Shown here in pieces: positions 7,812 through 20,372 of a stretch of 64,000 nt of DNA (its first letter is position 1; the number at the start of each line of letters is the position of its first letter). The stretch lies in the NCBI GenBank assembly GCA_041687695.1, contig JAWLBL010000031.1, positions 39,540 through 103,539 on the forward strand. The letters are read 5' to 3'. The translations under genes were made by a program, and so were the position numbers. The DNA comes from Myxococcota bacterium (GTDB lineage: Bacteria > Myxococcota_A > UBA9042 > PHBI01 > JAWLBL01). The notes under the pieces are model-generated. The model saw nothing but the letters and a program-made list of their open reading frames with translations, was not told the origin of the DNA and did not search any database.

Positions 7812-10800
7812 ATGTTCGCCGATCGCCTTCGTCTCTGCCCCCGCCCGGTGGCCTTCGGGCTCGCCGCCTCGCTGCTGTTCGCCACGGTCGGCTGCGGCGG
7901 CGACCTCGTCTTCGGCTCGGAGAGCCCCCCGCCCAGCGCGGCCGTCGACGCCTCGCCGGGCGACGACACGATCCCGGTCGTCGGCACGCCGGTCCTGATC
8001 GTGGCTCCCGAAGGCGACGATCCGGCGCTCGAGCGGGTGGTCGCGACGGCGACGACCTACCTGCACCAGCTGACGGCCACCGCCCCGGCGGTCGCGCGCA
8101 TGTCCGACGCGGACCTGGTCGCGCTGGCCGAGCGGGCGCTGACCGTCAAGGCCGGGCTGGTCCTGGTCGTCGACGCGCACCGGGTGGTGCCCGATCACGT
8201 GGCCGAGGCGTCGCTCGCGTCGCTGGGCCCCGATGGGTTCCGCCTGCTGGCCGAGGACCGCGGCACCTGGGTCAACGCGCTGGACCAGACCACCGGCGCC
8301 ACCTTCCTGATGGTCGCAGGTGACGGCCTGCTGCCGCGGCAGTTCGGGGTCTACGAGGCCCTGCGGCGCCTGGGCGCGCGCTTTTATCACCCCGAGCAGG
8401 AGTTCGTCCCGCGCGTGCCCGCCACCTCGGTCCGCGACCGCGCCCGCACGCCGACCGCTCTGGCCCGCCGCACCGCCGACGGCACCGCCAGCCCCGACTA
8501 CGTCCCCGACTTCCGAACGCGCGGCTACAGCTTCCACGGCTCACACCCGCTCGAGCACCTCGAGGCCTTCAGCGACTCGAACCACCCCATCGACGAGGCG
8601 GTGGCGGTCAACGACTGGCAAATCAAAAACCGCGCCAACCAGATGCGCGGCGCCGGCCGCGGCGTCGCCCCGCCCGCGCGGCGCGCGTTGCGCGTGCAGC
8701 AGCTCGAGGACTATCGCCAGCGGGTCGGCCTGCGCCGCTCCACCGGCATCACGCTGCACAACGAGCAGCAGGGCGCCAACGCCGCCATCGATCCCAGCCT
8801 GCCGACGCCCATCGCGCAGCAGATCGACGCCTTCGTCGCCGATCGCCTCGAGGCCGTCCCCGACGCGACGCACTTCGGCGTGCACTTCGGGCCGACCGAG
8901 TTCACGGTCACCCCCGACGTCGAGACCGTGCAATGGATCGACTGGGTCGGGCAGGCGGTGAGCAAGCGCCGCCCGGACGTGCCCCTGCTCATCAACAACC
9001 ACACGACGGGCTCGCAGCCCTCGCCCAATTATGGCGACCTGGGCTGCCCGCCGGGCACCAACGACCAGGGGCTCATCGACTACTACGACCTGGCCTTCCA
9101 CACCGCGCCGGAAAACGGCGTCAGCGTCCACACGGTCATGTTCTACCCGCTCGAGGGACCGGCGCGCGTCTACAACCAGCGGACTTTCGCCCACAAGCTG
9201 TGCCTGATGGAGCAGGCCTCGGCCGCGGGGCGCCCGCTGACCTACTTCCCCGAGGGGTCGTGGTGGCTCAGCTTCGACAACCCGGTGCCGGTCTACCTGC
9301 CGCTGTACATCTGGACCCGCGGGCGCGACATCGAGCTGCTGCGTCCGCTGCTGGCGGCGCGCGGCGGGGGCACGGTCGACGGGCACCGGATGTTCAACAG
9401 CGGCCACGAGTGGGGCTACTGGCAGCAGGACTACGCGGTCGGGCTGTGGCACTGGAACGCCGACGTCACGATGGACGAGGTGCTGGCGGAGCTGACGGAC
9501 CCTCTGTGCGAGACCGAGGTGTGGCCCGAGCGGTGCGAGGCCGCGCTCGAGACCCACGAGGTGCTGCTCGAGGCGATGGCCCAGCAGGCCGAGGCCTTCC
9601 TCGAGGCCGAGGACTTCATGGGCCGACCGGGCGGGCTGTACGCCTACTTCGCGGGCGAGGACCCGGCCGACGTGCTCGGCGCGCAGACCGGGCTCGAGTT
9701 CCGGCCGGTGCGGGTCAGCTTCGCCGACGTGCTGGCCTTCGACGAGGTGACCGCGCAGGGCTTCCGGGCGACGGACGTGCAGCGCCTCAAGGAGATGGAC
9801 GAGGCCTACGCCAGCTGGGTGGCGCGGCTGCGGGCCGTGGCGCCGGAGGTGCCCGAGGCGGGGCGTCCGTGGCTGGACGAGGTGGTCGACGGGCTGGAGA
9901 TCAACGGGCTGCGCGCCCGCCAGGCGTGGCAGCTGTACGAGGTGGTGCTGGGCTATCGCGACGCCGTCGCGGCGCGCGAGGCCGACCGGACGGCGCCGCC
10001 CCCGGCCGAGGCGGTCAGGACCGCGTTCGACCAGGCGATCGTGACGCTGTCGGACGCCGAGCAGGTCGTGCGGCGGCGCGAGGCGCGTTATCGCTATCCG
10101 CACACGCAGATGAACGGCGGCGGCGTCACGCCGGACACCGGGGTGGCCAACGGGACGACCTATCCCTATCGGGTGCACACCAAGACGCACCTGATGACCT
10201 ACTGGATGAACCGCCACGACGAGGTCGGGCGGCTGCTGAACGAGGGCCACGAGCAGCTGGCGCAGCTGCGGCTGGCGCCGGTGTTCGCGCTTCCGGGGCA
10301 GGCGCTGGAGATCCTGTGGCCGGCGCTGGCGGGGCTGACCGGGCAGCTGACGATGGGCGACGGCCTGACCGCGGGGCCGCTGACCAGCTCGCACGAGTAC
10401 GCGGGCGAGGGCGTGTTCTCGGTCGAGGGCAGCTACTCGGCCGAGGACCTGGACACGCCGGTGCAGGGACACGTGGTGCGGGCGGCGGTGCTGGCGAGCT
10501 CGCCCGCGGGCAGCTTCACGCTGAAGTCGCCCGACACGCTGCTGGGGCAGGCCGTGCTGGCCAGCATCGCGCCGGCCTTCCGCTGGGGGCTGGTGATGTC
10601 GGGCCAGGCGGTGCTGGCCTTCGCGCCGGACTTCAGCGGGGTGGGCAAGGTCGACTTCCGCGACGTCATCGTCACGCAGCTGGCGGCGGCCATCGGGGCC
10701 GACGGGACCTTCGAGACCAAGCCGGTGGACTTCGAGCTGCCGGTGCCCGACCCGGCGACGGGCGGGATCGTGGCGTCGGTGGGCATCGCCAAGGCGGTCT

Positions 10801-11012
10801 GGAGCGGGACCGTGATCGGCGGGGCGCTGGCGACGCCGCTCGAGCTCAACGGCGAGCTGGTCCTCGAGGACGTGGTGAACGCGCTCATCGAGATGGCGGG
10901 CTACGACGAGAAGGGCGCGTACCAGACCCTGTCGGGGATCTTCGCGTTCGACCCGGCGGCGCCGCCCGAGACCATCCCCATCGTCGCCGAGATGCCGGCC
11001 GGGCCGCTGTGA
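7812..11012 (+). CDS. Large lipoprotein, putative glycoside-hydrolase-like enzyme with a PKD-like domain
   Basis: Lipobox TVGC; DGFRL..AGD..FGVYEALRRLG..PDFRTRG resembles the accessory domain preceding GH20/GH67-type barrels; MGDG..SHEY..EGVF is PKD-like. Confidence 0.6.
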   Translation: MFADRLRLCPRPVAFGLAASLLFATVGCGGDLVFGSESPPPSAAVDASPGDDTIPVVGTPVLIVAPEGDDPALERVVATATTYLHQLTATAPAVARMSDADLVALAERALTVKAGLVLVVDAHRVVPDHVAEASLASLGPDGFRLLAEDRGTWVNALDQTTGATFLMVAGDGLLPRQFGVYEALRRLGARFYHPEQEFVPRVPATSVRDRARTPTALARRTADGTASPDYVPDFRTRGYSFHGSHPLEHLEAFSDSNHPIDEAVAVNDWQIKNRANQMRGAGRGVAPPARRALRVQQLEDYRQRVGLRRSTGITLHNEQQGANAAIDPSLPTPIAQQIDAFVADRLEAVPDATHFGVHFGPTEFTVTPDVETVQWIDWVGQAVSKRRPDVPLLINNHTTGSQPSPNYGDLGCPPGTNDQGLIDYYDLAFHTAPENGVSVHTVMFYPLEGPARVYNQRTFAHKLCLMEQASAAGRPLTYFPEGSWWLSFDNPVPVYLPLYIWTRGRDIELLRPLLAARGGGTVDGHRMFNSGHEWGYWQQDYAVGLWHWNADVTMDEVLAELTDPLCETEVWPERCEAALETHEVLLEAMAQQAEAFLEAEDFMGRPGGLYAYFAGEDPADVLGAQTGLEFRPVRVSFADVLAFDEVTAQGFRATDVQRLKEMDEAYASWVARLRAVAPEVPEAGRPWLDEVVDGLEINGLRARQAWQLYEVVLGYRDAVAAREADRTAPPPAEAVRTAFDQAIVTLSDAEQVVRRREARYRYPHTQMNGGGVTPDTGVANGTTYPYRVHTKTHLMTYWMNRHDEVGRLLNEGHEQLAQLRLAPVFALPGQALEILWPALAGLTGQLTMGDGLTAGPLTSSHEYAGEGVFSVEGSYSAEDLDTPVQGHVVRAAVLASSPAGSFTLKSPDTLLGQAVLASIAPAFRWGLVMSGQAVLAFAPDFSGVGKVDFRDVIVTQLAAAIGADGTFETKPVDFELPVPDPATGGIVASVGIAKAVWSGTVIGGALATPLELNGELVLEDVVNALIEMAGYDEKGAYQTLSGIFAFDPAAPPETIPIVAEMPAGPL

Positions 11013-11091
11013 GGCGTGGGCGCCGCGAGCGGCGCCGATCCGGCGAGCCCTCGCGAGCGAGGGCGCTGCAGCGAGGAGCGTCGACCGGAGG

Positions 11092-12879
11092 TCAGTCGGC
11101 GCCGGGGGCGCCGGCGAGGAGCCAGCGGGTCATGAGGCTCAGCTCGTCGTCGGTCAGGTCGGGGAAGGGGGGCATCGAGCGCTCGACCTGGTCGGCCTCG
11201 AGCGCGCCGCCGTAGTAGCGGTGCTGGGTGGCGTCGCGGATGAGGCCGCGGGTCCACTCGAAGCCCATGTAGCCGTCCAGATCGGGGCCGATGGCGGTCG
11301 GGTCGTAGGCCTTGGCCAAGTGCGACACGCCCGGGGTGTTGTGGCAATCGGTGCAGCCGTCGTCCCACAGGGCGCGGGCCGCCTCGGTGACCTCGGGGGG
11401 CACCGCGTGGTCGGGGTCGCCCGACAGGCTGGTCAGCCAGCGGGCCAGGGTGGCGCGGTCCTCGGCGCTGCCGCCCCAGGCCTCCATGCCGCCCTTGAGC
11501 ACGGTCTTGCCGAAGAAGCGGTCGTGGTCGGGGTTGGCCAGGAAGGCGTCGACCCGAAGGGCGGTGCCCCAGCCGCCGAGCAGCGGGCCGGCGCCGTCCT
11601 CGGCGGTGGCGTCCTGGGCGTGGCACGAGGCGCAGCCCTTGTCGGCGAAGAGCTGGGCGCCCTGGGCGAGCACGACCCGGCCTTGAGCGTCGATGCCGCC
11701 CAGCTGCGCCAGGCGGGCGGTCTGCTCGGCCTCGGCGTCGGCCTGGGCGCGGGCCTCGAGGAAGGCCGGATCGGTCGCGTCCGAGCGCATCGCCACCAGG
11801 GTCAGCGCCCCGGCGCCGCCGAACAGCAGCAGGAAGGGGACCAGCACCTTGGCGGGCGGGCGGGTCCAGCGCTCGCCGTCGCGCTTGCGGTCGATGAAGG
11901 GGATGGCCAGCAGGAAGGCGACCGCCAGGCCGGGGATGACCACGGTGCCGACGAGGGTCATCGGCCCCTCGAAGTACTTGAGCAGCTGGAACAGGAACAG
12001 GAAGTACCACTCGGGGCGCGCCTCGTAGCCGCTGGCGGGGTCGGCCGGGGCCTCGAGGCTGACGCCGACCAGCACGGCCATGGCGACCAGGATGGCCAGC
12101 ACGACGCCCGCGAAGAGCGTGTCGTACAGCATCTGGTAGGGCCAGAAGGGCTGGGTCTTGCGGGCCAGCTCGGCGGGGGCGCGCTTGGGGTGCGGGGTGA
12201 CGCCGTGGCGGCGGAACAGGCCCACGTGGCCGACGATGAACAGGGTGAGGGTGATGGGCAGGATGAAGACGTGGATGGCGTAAAAGCGCGTCAGCGTCTG
12301 GTTGCCGTACTCGGGGCCGCCCTGCAGCACGGTCTGGATGAACTCGCCGCCCGGGGTGCCGCCCATGATGCTGGTCGCGACCTGGGTGGCCCAGTAGCCC
12401 TTCTGATCCCACGGCAGCAGGTAGCCGGTCAGGCCGAAGCCCAGCACCAGGAGCAGCATGACGCAGCCCATCAGCCAGTTGGCCTCGCGGGGCTTGCGGT
12501 AGGCGCCGTAGAGCAGGACCTGCGTCATGTGCATCAGGCACAGGACGATCATGGCCGACGAGCCCCAGTGGTGCAGGCCGCGGACCAGCCAGCCCAGCGT
12601 CATCTGGTTCTGGATGTAGTAGACGCTGCCCCAGGCGTCGGTGGTCGTCGGGGCGTAGGCGCTGGCCAGGGTGATGCCCGTGACGGCCTGCAGGACGAAG
12701 GTGAAGAGCAGGGCGCTGCCGAAGACGTAGGCGAAGCGAGCGCCGCCGGGGACCGGCTCGTTGCCGGCGGCGGCGAGCAGGGCGCGGTAGCCGGTGCGCT
12801 GGTCGAGAGCGTCGGCGAAGCGCTGCAGGCGCCCGGGGGCGGGCTCCGAGGGCTCGGGGAGCGGCTTGGCGGGTTCCAT
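11092..12879 (-). CDS. qcrB: Cytochrome b (with subunit IV region) fused to a diheme cytochrome c
   Basis: RGLHHW, GYLLPWDQKGYWA, RFYAIH, PEWY motifs; two CxxCH sites (CASCH, CTDCH). Confidence 0.93.
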   Translation of the reverse strand: MEPAKPLPEPSEPAPGRLQRFADALDQRTGYRALLAAAGNEPVPGGARFAYVFGSALLFTFVLQAVTGITLASAYAPTTTDAWGSVYYIQNQMTLGWLVRGLHHWGSSAMIVLCLMHMTQVLLYGAYRKPREANWLMGCVMLLLVLGFGLTGYLLPWDQKGYWATQVATSIMGGTPGGEFIQTVLQGGPEYGNQTLTRFYAIHVFILPITLTLFIVGHVGLFRRHGVTPHPKRAPAELARKTQPFWPYQMLYDTLFAGVVLAILVAMAVLVGVSLEAPADPASGYEARPEWYFLFLFQLLKYFEGPMTLVGTVVIPGLAVAFLLAIPFIDRKRDGERWTRPPAKVLVPFLLLFGGAGALTLVAMRSDATDPAFLEARAQADAEAEQTARLAQLGGIDAQGRVVLAQGAQLFADKGCASCHAQDATAEDGAGPLLGGWGTALRVDAFLANPDHDRFFGKTVLKGGMEAWGGSAEDRATLARWLTSLSGDPDHAVPPEVTEAARALWDDGCTDCHNTPGVSHLAKAYDPTAIGPDLDGYMGFEWTRGLIRDATQHRYYGGALEADQVERSMPPFPDLTDDELSLMTRWLLAGAPGAD

Positions 12880-12890
12880 CGGGGGCGACC

Positions 12891-13475
12891 TCAGGCGACG
12901 GGGACGCGGTCGGCGGTGCCGGTGCGGTAACGGACCCAGCGCACCTCGAGGGTGCCGGCGCGGACGCGCCACTCGAGCGGGTCGAGGCCGCGCGGGGCGG
13001 GGTTGGGGGTGCCGTCGGCGTGGGGGAGCAGGCCGCCCTCGACGGTGAACGAGCTGCGGTGGCACGGGCACAGGTAGCCGCCGCCCGAGGGGCGGACCGA
13101 GCAGCCCAGGTGCGGGCAGGTCGCCGACAGGACGCGGAAGTCGGCCTCGCCGAGGCGCTGCACGAGCACGCTGCCGACGGGGACGCCCGGCTGGTGGAGC
13201 CACGCGTCCTGGCGGTCCTCCTTGAGGACCACGCGCTCGGGGGCGGCGCCCACCGCGAAGCGAGCCACCGCGCCGGCCGGGGACCAGACGCCGCCGTCGT
13301 CGATCGGGGGACCGGCGTCTGGCTTCTTGCGCAGCGGGGTGAGCAGCATGGCGACCGGGCCGGCGGCGATGGCGGCGCCGATCAGGGCGCCGAAGCCGGC
13401 CGTGAGGCGGCCGAGGAAGCGGCGGCGGCCCAGCTCGGCCGCGTCGGGCGCGGGCGTGTTCGTGTCGTGGCTCAT
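12891..13475 (-). CDS. qcrA: Rieske 2Fe-2S protein
   Basis: Tat motif GRRRFL, TM helix, CPHLGC and CPCH boxes; AGGAG RBS. Confidence 0.93.
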   Translation of the reverse strand: MSHDTNTPAPDAAELGRRRFLGRLTAGFGALIGAAIAAGPVAMLLTPLRKKPDAGPPIDDGGVWSPAGAVARFAVGAAPERVVLKEDRQDAWLHQPGVPVGSVLVQRLGEADFRVLSATCPHLGCSVRPSGGGYLCPCHRSSFTVEGGLLPHADGTPNPAPRGLDPLEWRVRAGTLEVRWVRYRTGTADRVPVA

Positions 13476-13594
13476 GGGCCCTCCTGGCGCGGTCGCGTGG
13501 CGTGGTCGCCGCCCCGGCGGCGCCGGCACACTGTACGACAAATCACGCGAGGATGCGCCATGGCCCCTGTCGCGAGGCCGCCGCGTCGAGCGGG

Positions 13595-15799
<2,205 letters not shown>

Positions 15800-15924
15800 G
15801 GGGGGACTCTCCTCGCGCGCCGGTGCCGGCCCCGCGGCCCTGCGCGCGCCGTTGGCGAACCACTCGCGGATCGCGAGCGTAGTCGGGCGCGACGGGGCCG
15901 GCCATCGTTTCACCGGCGAGAGGT

Positions 15925-15942
15925 TGTAACCGCCTGGTTACA
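15925..15942. promoter_or_regulatory. Perfect 7-4-7 inverted repeat, candidate operator
   Basis: TGTAACC-GCCT-GGTTACA in the divergent intergenic region between the kinase and muramidase genes. Confidence 0.5.
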
Positions 15943-16048
15943 GTGCGGCGCCGGGATGCAACCCGCCGGGGGATCGGCGCTGGTCAGGCGCGATCGGCTC
16001 GGCTAGCATCTCCAGCGGGTCGGTTCCGGGACAAGCTGGACGGTGAGC

Positions 16049-17605
16049 ATGAGCTACGAGCTGCTCGACAAGCGGGCCGGCGCACGCCCGCGTATGGACG
16101 CCCTGGACGCCGCGGCCGCCCCCAAGGGCGCCGGGACCGACGCGAAGACGGCCCAGCTCAAGCAGGTCGACTACGCGACCGGCAGCGCGATGTTGAGCCC
16201 CAACGGGTCGAAGGGTGGAGCGGCGGGTGGGCCGGTGACCTATCGGGTCAAGCCGGGCGATACGCTGAGCGGGATCGCGGCGCGCGTGCTGGGTGAGGCG
16301 GACCGATGGCGCGAGCTGGCGACGCTGAACGGGATCGCGAACCCGCGGGCGCTGCAGGTCGGGCAGACGCTGAAGCTCCCCGCCGACTGCTCGTGTCCGG
16401 CGCCGACGGGCCCCACCAACCGCCCGGTCGAGCTGCCCGAGGCGCCCCGGCCGGCCGCCGCGTTGACCCACACGGTCCGGGCGGGCGAGACGCTGTCGAG
16501 GATCGCCGAGATCCACCTGGGTGACGCCGACCGCTGGCGCGAGATCGCCGACGCCAACGGCATCGCCGACCCGCGCGCGCTGCAGGCCGGCCAGACGCTG
16601 AAGGTGCCCGGGGCCGTCGCGTCGCCCAAGCCGGAGGCGCCCGCGCCGACGCCGAAGCCACCGCAGACCTCGACCGTCAGGTACACGGTGCGCTCGCGCG
16701 ACACGCTCAGCGCCATCGCGCAGGTCTTCTACGGGGACCACACGCGGTGGCGCGAGATCGCCAAGGCCAACGGCCTGTCGAACCCAGGCGCGCTGCGGGT
16801 CGGGCAGGTGCTGACGATCCCCAACGCCTCCGGGCCGGTCCAGGCGCCGACCAACCCGACGCCCCGTCCGACGCCGTCGCGCCCCACCCCCGGGGACGAC
16901 ACCGAGCTCGCCGCCGGCGACACCATCGCGCTCGAGGGGCTGGGCAGCCTCGACCGCGCCATGGCCGAGATCTACAACACCAAGGGCCAGTACCTGAAGC
17001 AGGCCGCGTCGATGCTGGGCATCGACACGGCGTCGGCGGCGGCCGTGCTGAAGGTCGAGTCGGCGGGCGCCGGCTTCGGAAGCGACGGACGGCTGAAGAT
17101 CCGGTTCGAGAACCACATCTTCTACGACGGCTGGGGCAAGTCGAACCCGGCGACCTTCAACGCGCACTTCAAGTACAACCCGGACAAGCGCTGGACGGGG
17201 CACAAGTTCCGGGCCGACGCGAACGGCGCGTGGCGCACCATGCACACGAGCCAGGACATGGAGCACGAGGTCCTCGAGTTCGCGCGCGGGCTGCACGACG
17301 AGAAGGCCCTGCAGGCGATCTCGATGGGCATCGCGCAGGTGATGGGCTTCAACCACCACATGCTGGGCTACGAGTCGGCGCGCGAGATGTACGACATCTT
17401 CTCGGGCGCGCTGCGGCCGCAGCTCGACGGGATGTTCGAGTTCATCAAGCAGCATCCGGGGTGCATGAACGGCCTGCAGTCCAAGAACTACGTGCAGTTC
17501 GCGGCCTGCTACAACGGCAGCGGGCAGGCCGCCACGTACGGCGAGTGGATCCGCCAGGCCGCGGCGTCGTACGCCCGGGTGACGCGGGGCCGCCAGTTCG
17601 CCTGA
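16049..17605 (+). CDS. Triple-LysM protein with an N-acetylmuramidase (DUF3380-type) domain
   Basis: Three LysM repeats (YRVKPGDTLSGIA etc.); VESAG, IRFENHIF, SMGIAQVMGFNH, FA.CYNG motifs. Confidence 0.9.
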   Translation: MSYELLDKRAGARPRMDALDAAAAPKGAGTDAKTAQLKQVDYATGSAMLSPNGSKGGAAGGPVTYRVKPGDTLSGIAARVLGEADRWRELATLNGIANPRALQVGQTLKLPADCSCPAPTGPTNRPVELPEAPRPAAALTHTVRAGETLSRIAEIHLGDADRWREIADANGIADPRALQAGQTLKVPGAVASPKPEAPAPTPKPPQTSTVRYTVRSRDTLSAIAQVFYGDHTRWREIAKANGLSNPGALRVGQVLTIPNASGPVQAPTNPTPRPTPSRPTPGDDTELAAGDTIALEGLGSLDRAMAEIYNTKGQYLKQAASMLGIDTASAAAVLKVESAGAGFGSDGRLKIRFENHIFYDGWGKSNPATFNAHFKYNPDKRWTGHKFRADANGAWRTMHTSQDMEHEVLEFARGLHDEKALQAISMGIAQVMGFNHHMLGYESAREMYDIFSGALRPQLDGMFEFIKQHPGCMNGLQSKNYVQFAACYNGSGQAATYGEWIRQAAASYARVTRGRQFA

Positions 17606-17726
17606 GGACGGCGAGGGTGCCGGGCGCGCGGGGTGAAAGGCGCTGTCGTCGGCATGAACGTTGCCGACGACGGCGACAAAGCGCTATGAGTCGGGCTCCC
17701 CGAGAGCTGCCCGGACGAGGATCCCG

Positions 17727-20372
17727 ATGCCTTCCGCCCGTCACCACCGCGCCTGCGCCTGCGCGCGCGGCCACCTGGCCGCCGCCACGCCCCCCGAGGG
17801 GTTCACGCTGCCCGGCGCCGAGAAGCACTACCCGCCCGACCTCGGGCTCGAGCCGGTGCACCTGGACATCGCGCTGACGCTGAACCTCGAGGCGCGCCGC
17901 GCCGACGGGGTGGTGACGACGACGGTGGTGGCGCGCCGCGACGGGCCGCGCGAGCTGAAGCTGGACGCCGTGGGCTTCGAGGACGTCGCGGTGGACGACG
18001 CCGACGGCCGCGGGCTGAGCTGGCGTTACGACGGCGAGGCGCTGCGCCTGACCTGGGACGAGGCGGCGCGGCGCGGCGAGGAGCGCCGGGTGACGGTGCG
18101 CTACCGCGTGCGCGAGCCGGTGACGGGGCTGATGTTCTCGGGGCCGACGCCCGAGGCGCCCGACGCGCCGCTGTTCGCGGCCACCGACAACGAGACCGAG
18201 CGGGCGCGCCACTGGCTGCCGTGCGTGGATCTGCCCAGCGTGCGGCCGACGCTGGAGTTCCGGCTGCGGGCGCGGGCCGAGCTGACCGCGCTGGCGAACG
18301 GGGCGTTGCTGGGCGAAGAGACCCACGACGACGGGACGCGCACGACGCGCTGGCGGCTGGACCACCGCTGCCCCAGCTACATCACCTGCGTCGCGGTCGG
18401 CGACTTCGTGCGCCGCGAGGGCGGCCAGTCGCGCACGCTGCCGGAGCTGCCCATCGCCTACTTCGCGACGCGCGCGCACACCGAGGAGCACCTCGAGCGC
18501 ACCTTCGGGCGCACGCCCGAGATGCTGGACTGGCTGAACGAGAAGCTGGGGACGCCCTACCCGTTCCCGAAGTACTTCCAGTTCGCCGTGCCGGGCATCG
18601 GCGGCGCGATGGAGAACATCTCGCTGGTCAGCTGGGACGACCAGTTCCTGCTGGACGAGGCGCTGGCCGGCGAGTGGACGCGGCTGCTCGAGGCGATCAA
18701 CGTCCACGAGATGGCGCACAGCTGGTTCGGCGATCTGCTGGTCGTGCGCGACTTCGCCCACGCGTGGCTCAAGGAGTCGTGGGCGACCTACATGGAGCAG
18801 TGCTGGTTCGAGGACCACTACGGCGAGGACGAGAAGCTCTACGAGCTGTTCCAGAACGCGCACCAGTACTTCGAGGAGGCCGACGGCAGCTACCAGCGGC
18901 CCATCGTGACGCGCGAGTTCACGTCGTCGTGGGAGATGTACGACCGGCACCTGTACCCGGGCGGGGCGTGCCGGCTGCACATGTTGCGCTGCGAGATGGG
19001 CGACGACGTGTTCTGGACGTCGGTGCGGGACTACATCGCGCGGTTCTCGGGCGAGGTGGTCGAGACCGACGACTTCCGGCGGGTGCTCGAGCGGCACTCC
19101 GGGCGGTCGCTGGGCAAGTGGTTCGACCAGTGGATCCACGGGCGCGGCTACCCGCACCTCGAGGTGTCGTTCAGCTGGGAGGCCGAGCGCGGGGAGGGGG
19201 TGTTCGACATCCGCCAGGCGCAGTGCAAGGGCGACGGGGACGGCGGCGGCGAGGGCGCGCCGCAGGTGTTCGAGGTGCCGCTGGAGCTGGGCTGGGTGGT
19301 GGCCGGGACGCTGCGGACGACGACGGTGACGCTGAAGCAGGCGCACCAGATCGTGCACGTGGCGATGCCCGGCGAGCCGTCGCAGGTGCGGGTCGACCCG
19401 AACGGGCGGCTGCTGCACAAGCTGGACTTCAACCCCGGCGACGACAAGCTGACGGCGCAGCTGACGGGCGCGGGCGACGTCATCGGGCGCATCCTGGCGG
19501 GGCGCGAGCTGGCGAAGACCGGCAAGCGCAAGAACGTGCTGGCCATCGGGCGGGCGTGGGCGGCCGAGCCGTTCTACGGGGTGCGCGCGCAGTGGGCCGA
19601 GGCGCTGGGCGAGGCGCAGGCCGAGGCGGCCATCGAGGTGCTGGTCGGGGCCATCGGGTCCGAGCGGCACGCGATGGTGCTCGAGCCGCTGATGCGCGCG
19701 GCGGGGCGCTACCGCGACGCGCGGGTGCGCGAGGCGGTGCTGACGCGGCTGGAGGAGGACGAGGGGCTGCCGCCGCGGGCGGCGATGGCGGCCTGGGAGG
19801 CGCTGGGGGCGCAGCGCGAGCAGGCGCCGCTCGAGCGGCTGGCCGAGGCGGCGCGGGCCCCCAGCTACAACGGGATCGCGCAGGGCGGAGCGCTGCGCGC
19901 GCTGGGAGAGTCGCGGCAGGACCGGGCGGTCGGGCTCCTCGGCGAGCTGCTGGCGCCGGGAGCGCTGGGGCCGCGGGTGCGGGCGGCGGCGGTGGACGGG
20001 CTGGCGCGGGTCGGGCGGGTCAAGCTGCGCGAGGCGCGCGAGCGGGTCGGCGAGCAGCTGGTGGACCTGCTCCGCGACGCGGACCCGCGGGTGCAGCGGG
20101 CGGCGGTCATCGGGCTCGAGCAGCTGGGGGACCGGCGCGCGATCGAGCCGCTGGAGGCGCACGCGGCGCGGGTGTCGGCGCAGGACCGGGTGCGCGTGCG
20201 GCGGGCCGTCCAGCGGCTGCACGAGCGGGGTGACAAGCGCCCCGGCGGTCGCGACGAGGCCCTGGACGGGCTGCGCGACAAGCTGCGCAAGCTGCAGGAC
20301 CGCGTCGACAGCCTCGAGGCGCGCCTCGAGGCGCAACCCAAGCCGGCCGGGACCTCGGAGGAGATCGAATGA
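17727..20372 (+). CDS. M1 family aminopeptidase with HEAT repeats and a C-terminal coiled coil
   Basis: GAMEN, HEMAH-x18-E (WLKES), ARHWLPC motifs; HEAT-like C-terminus. Confidence 0.93.
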   Translation: MPSARHHRACACARGHLAAATPPEGFTLPGAEKHYPPDLGLEPVHLDIALTLNLEARRADGVVTTTVVARRDGPRELKLDAVGFEDVAVDDADGRGLSWRYDGEALRLTWDEAARRGEERRVTVRYRVREPVTGLMFSGPTPEAPDAPLFAATDNETERARHWLPCVDLPSVRPTLEFRLRARAELTALANGALLGEETHDDGTRTTRWRLDHRCPSYITCVAVGDFVRREGGQSRTLPELPIAYFATRAHTEEHLERTFGRTPEMLDWLNEKLGTPYPFPKYFQFAVPGIGGAMENISLVSWDDQFLLDEALAGEWTRLLEAINVHEMAHSWFGDLLVVRDFAHAWLKESWATYMEQCWFEDHYGEDEKLYELFQNAHQYFEEADGSYQRPIVTREFTSSWEMYDRHLYPGGACRLHMLRCEMGDDVFWTSVRDYIARFSGEVVETDDFRRVLERHSGRSLGKWFDQWIHGRGYPHLEVSFSWEAERGEGVFDIRQAQCKGDGDGGGEGAPQVFEVPLELGWVVAGTLRTTTVTLKQAHQIVHVAMPGEPSQVRVDPNGRLLHKLDFNPGDDKLTAQLTGAGDVIGRILAGRELAKTGKRKNVLAIGRAWAAEPFYGVRAQWAEALGEAQAEAAIEVLVGAIGSERHAMVLEPLMRAAGRYRDARVREAVLTRLEEDEGLPPRAAMAAWEALGAQREQAPLERLAEAARAPSYNGIAQGGALRALGESRQDRAVGLLGELLAPGALGPRVRAAAVDGLARVGRVKLREARERVGEQLVDLLRDADPRVQRAAVIGLEQLGDRRAIEPLEAHAARVSAQDRVRVRRAVQRLHERGDKRPGGRDEALDGLRDKLRKLQDRVDSLEARLEAQPKPAGTSEEIE

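Noticed and set aside
16049..17605. Prophage lysis module
   Set aside because: No holin, structural or integrase genes; neighbours are ordinary chromosomal genes.
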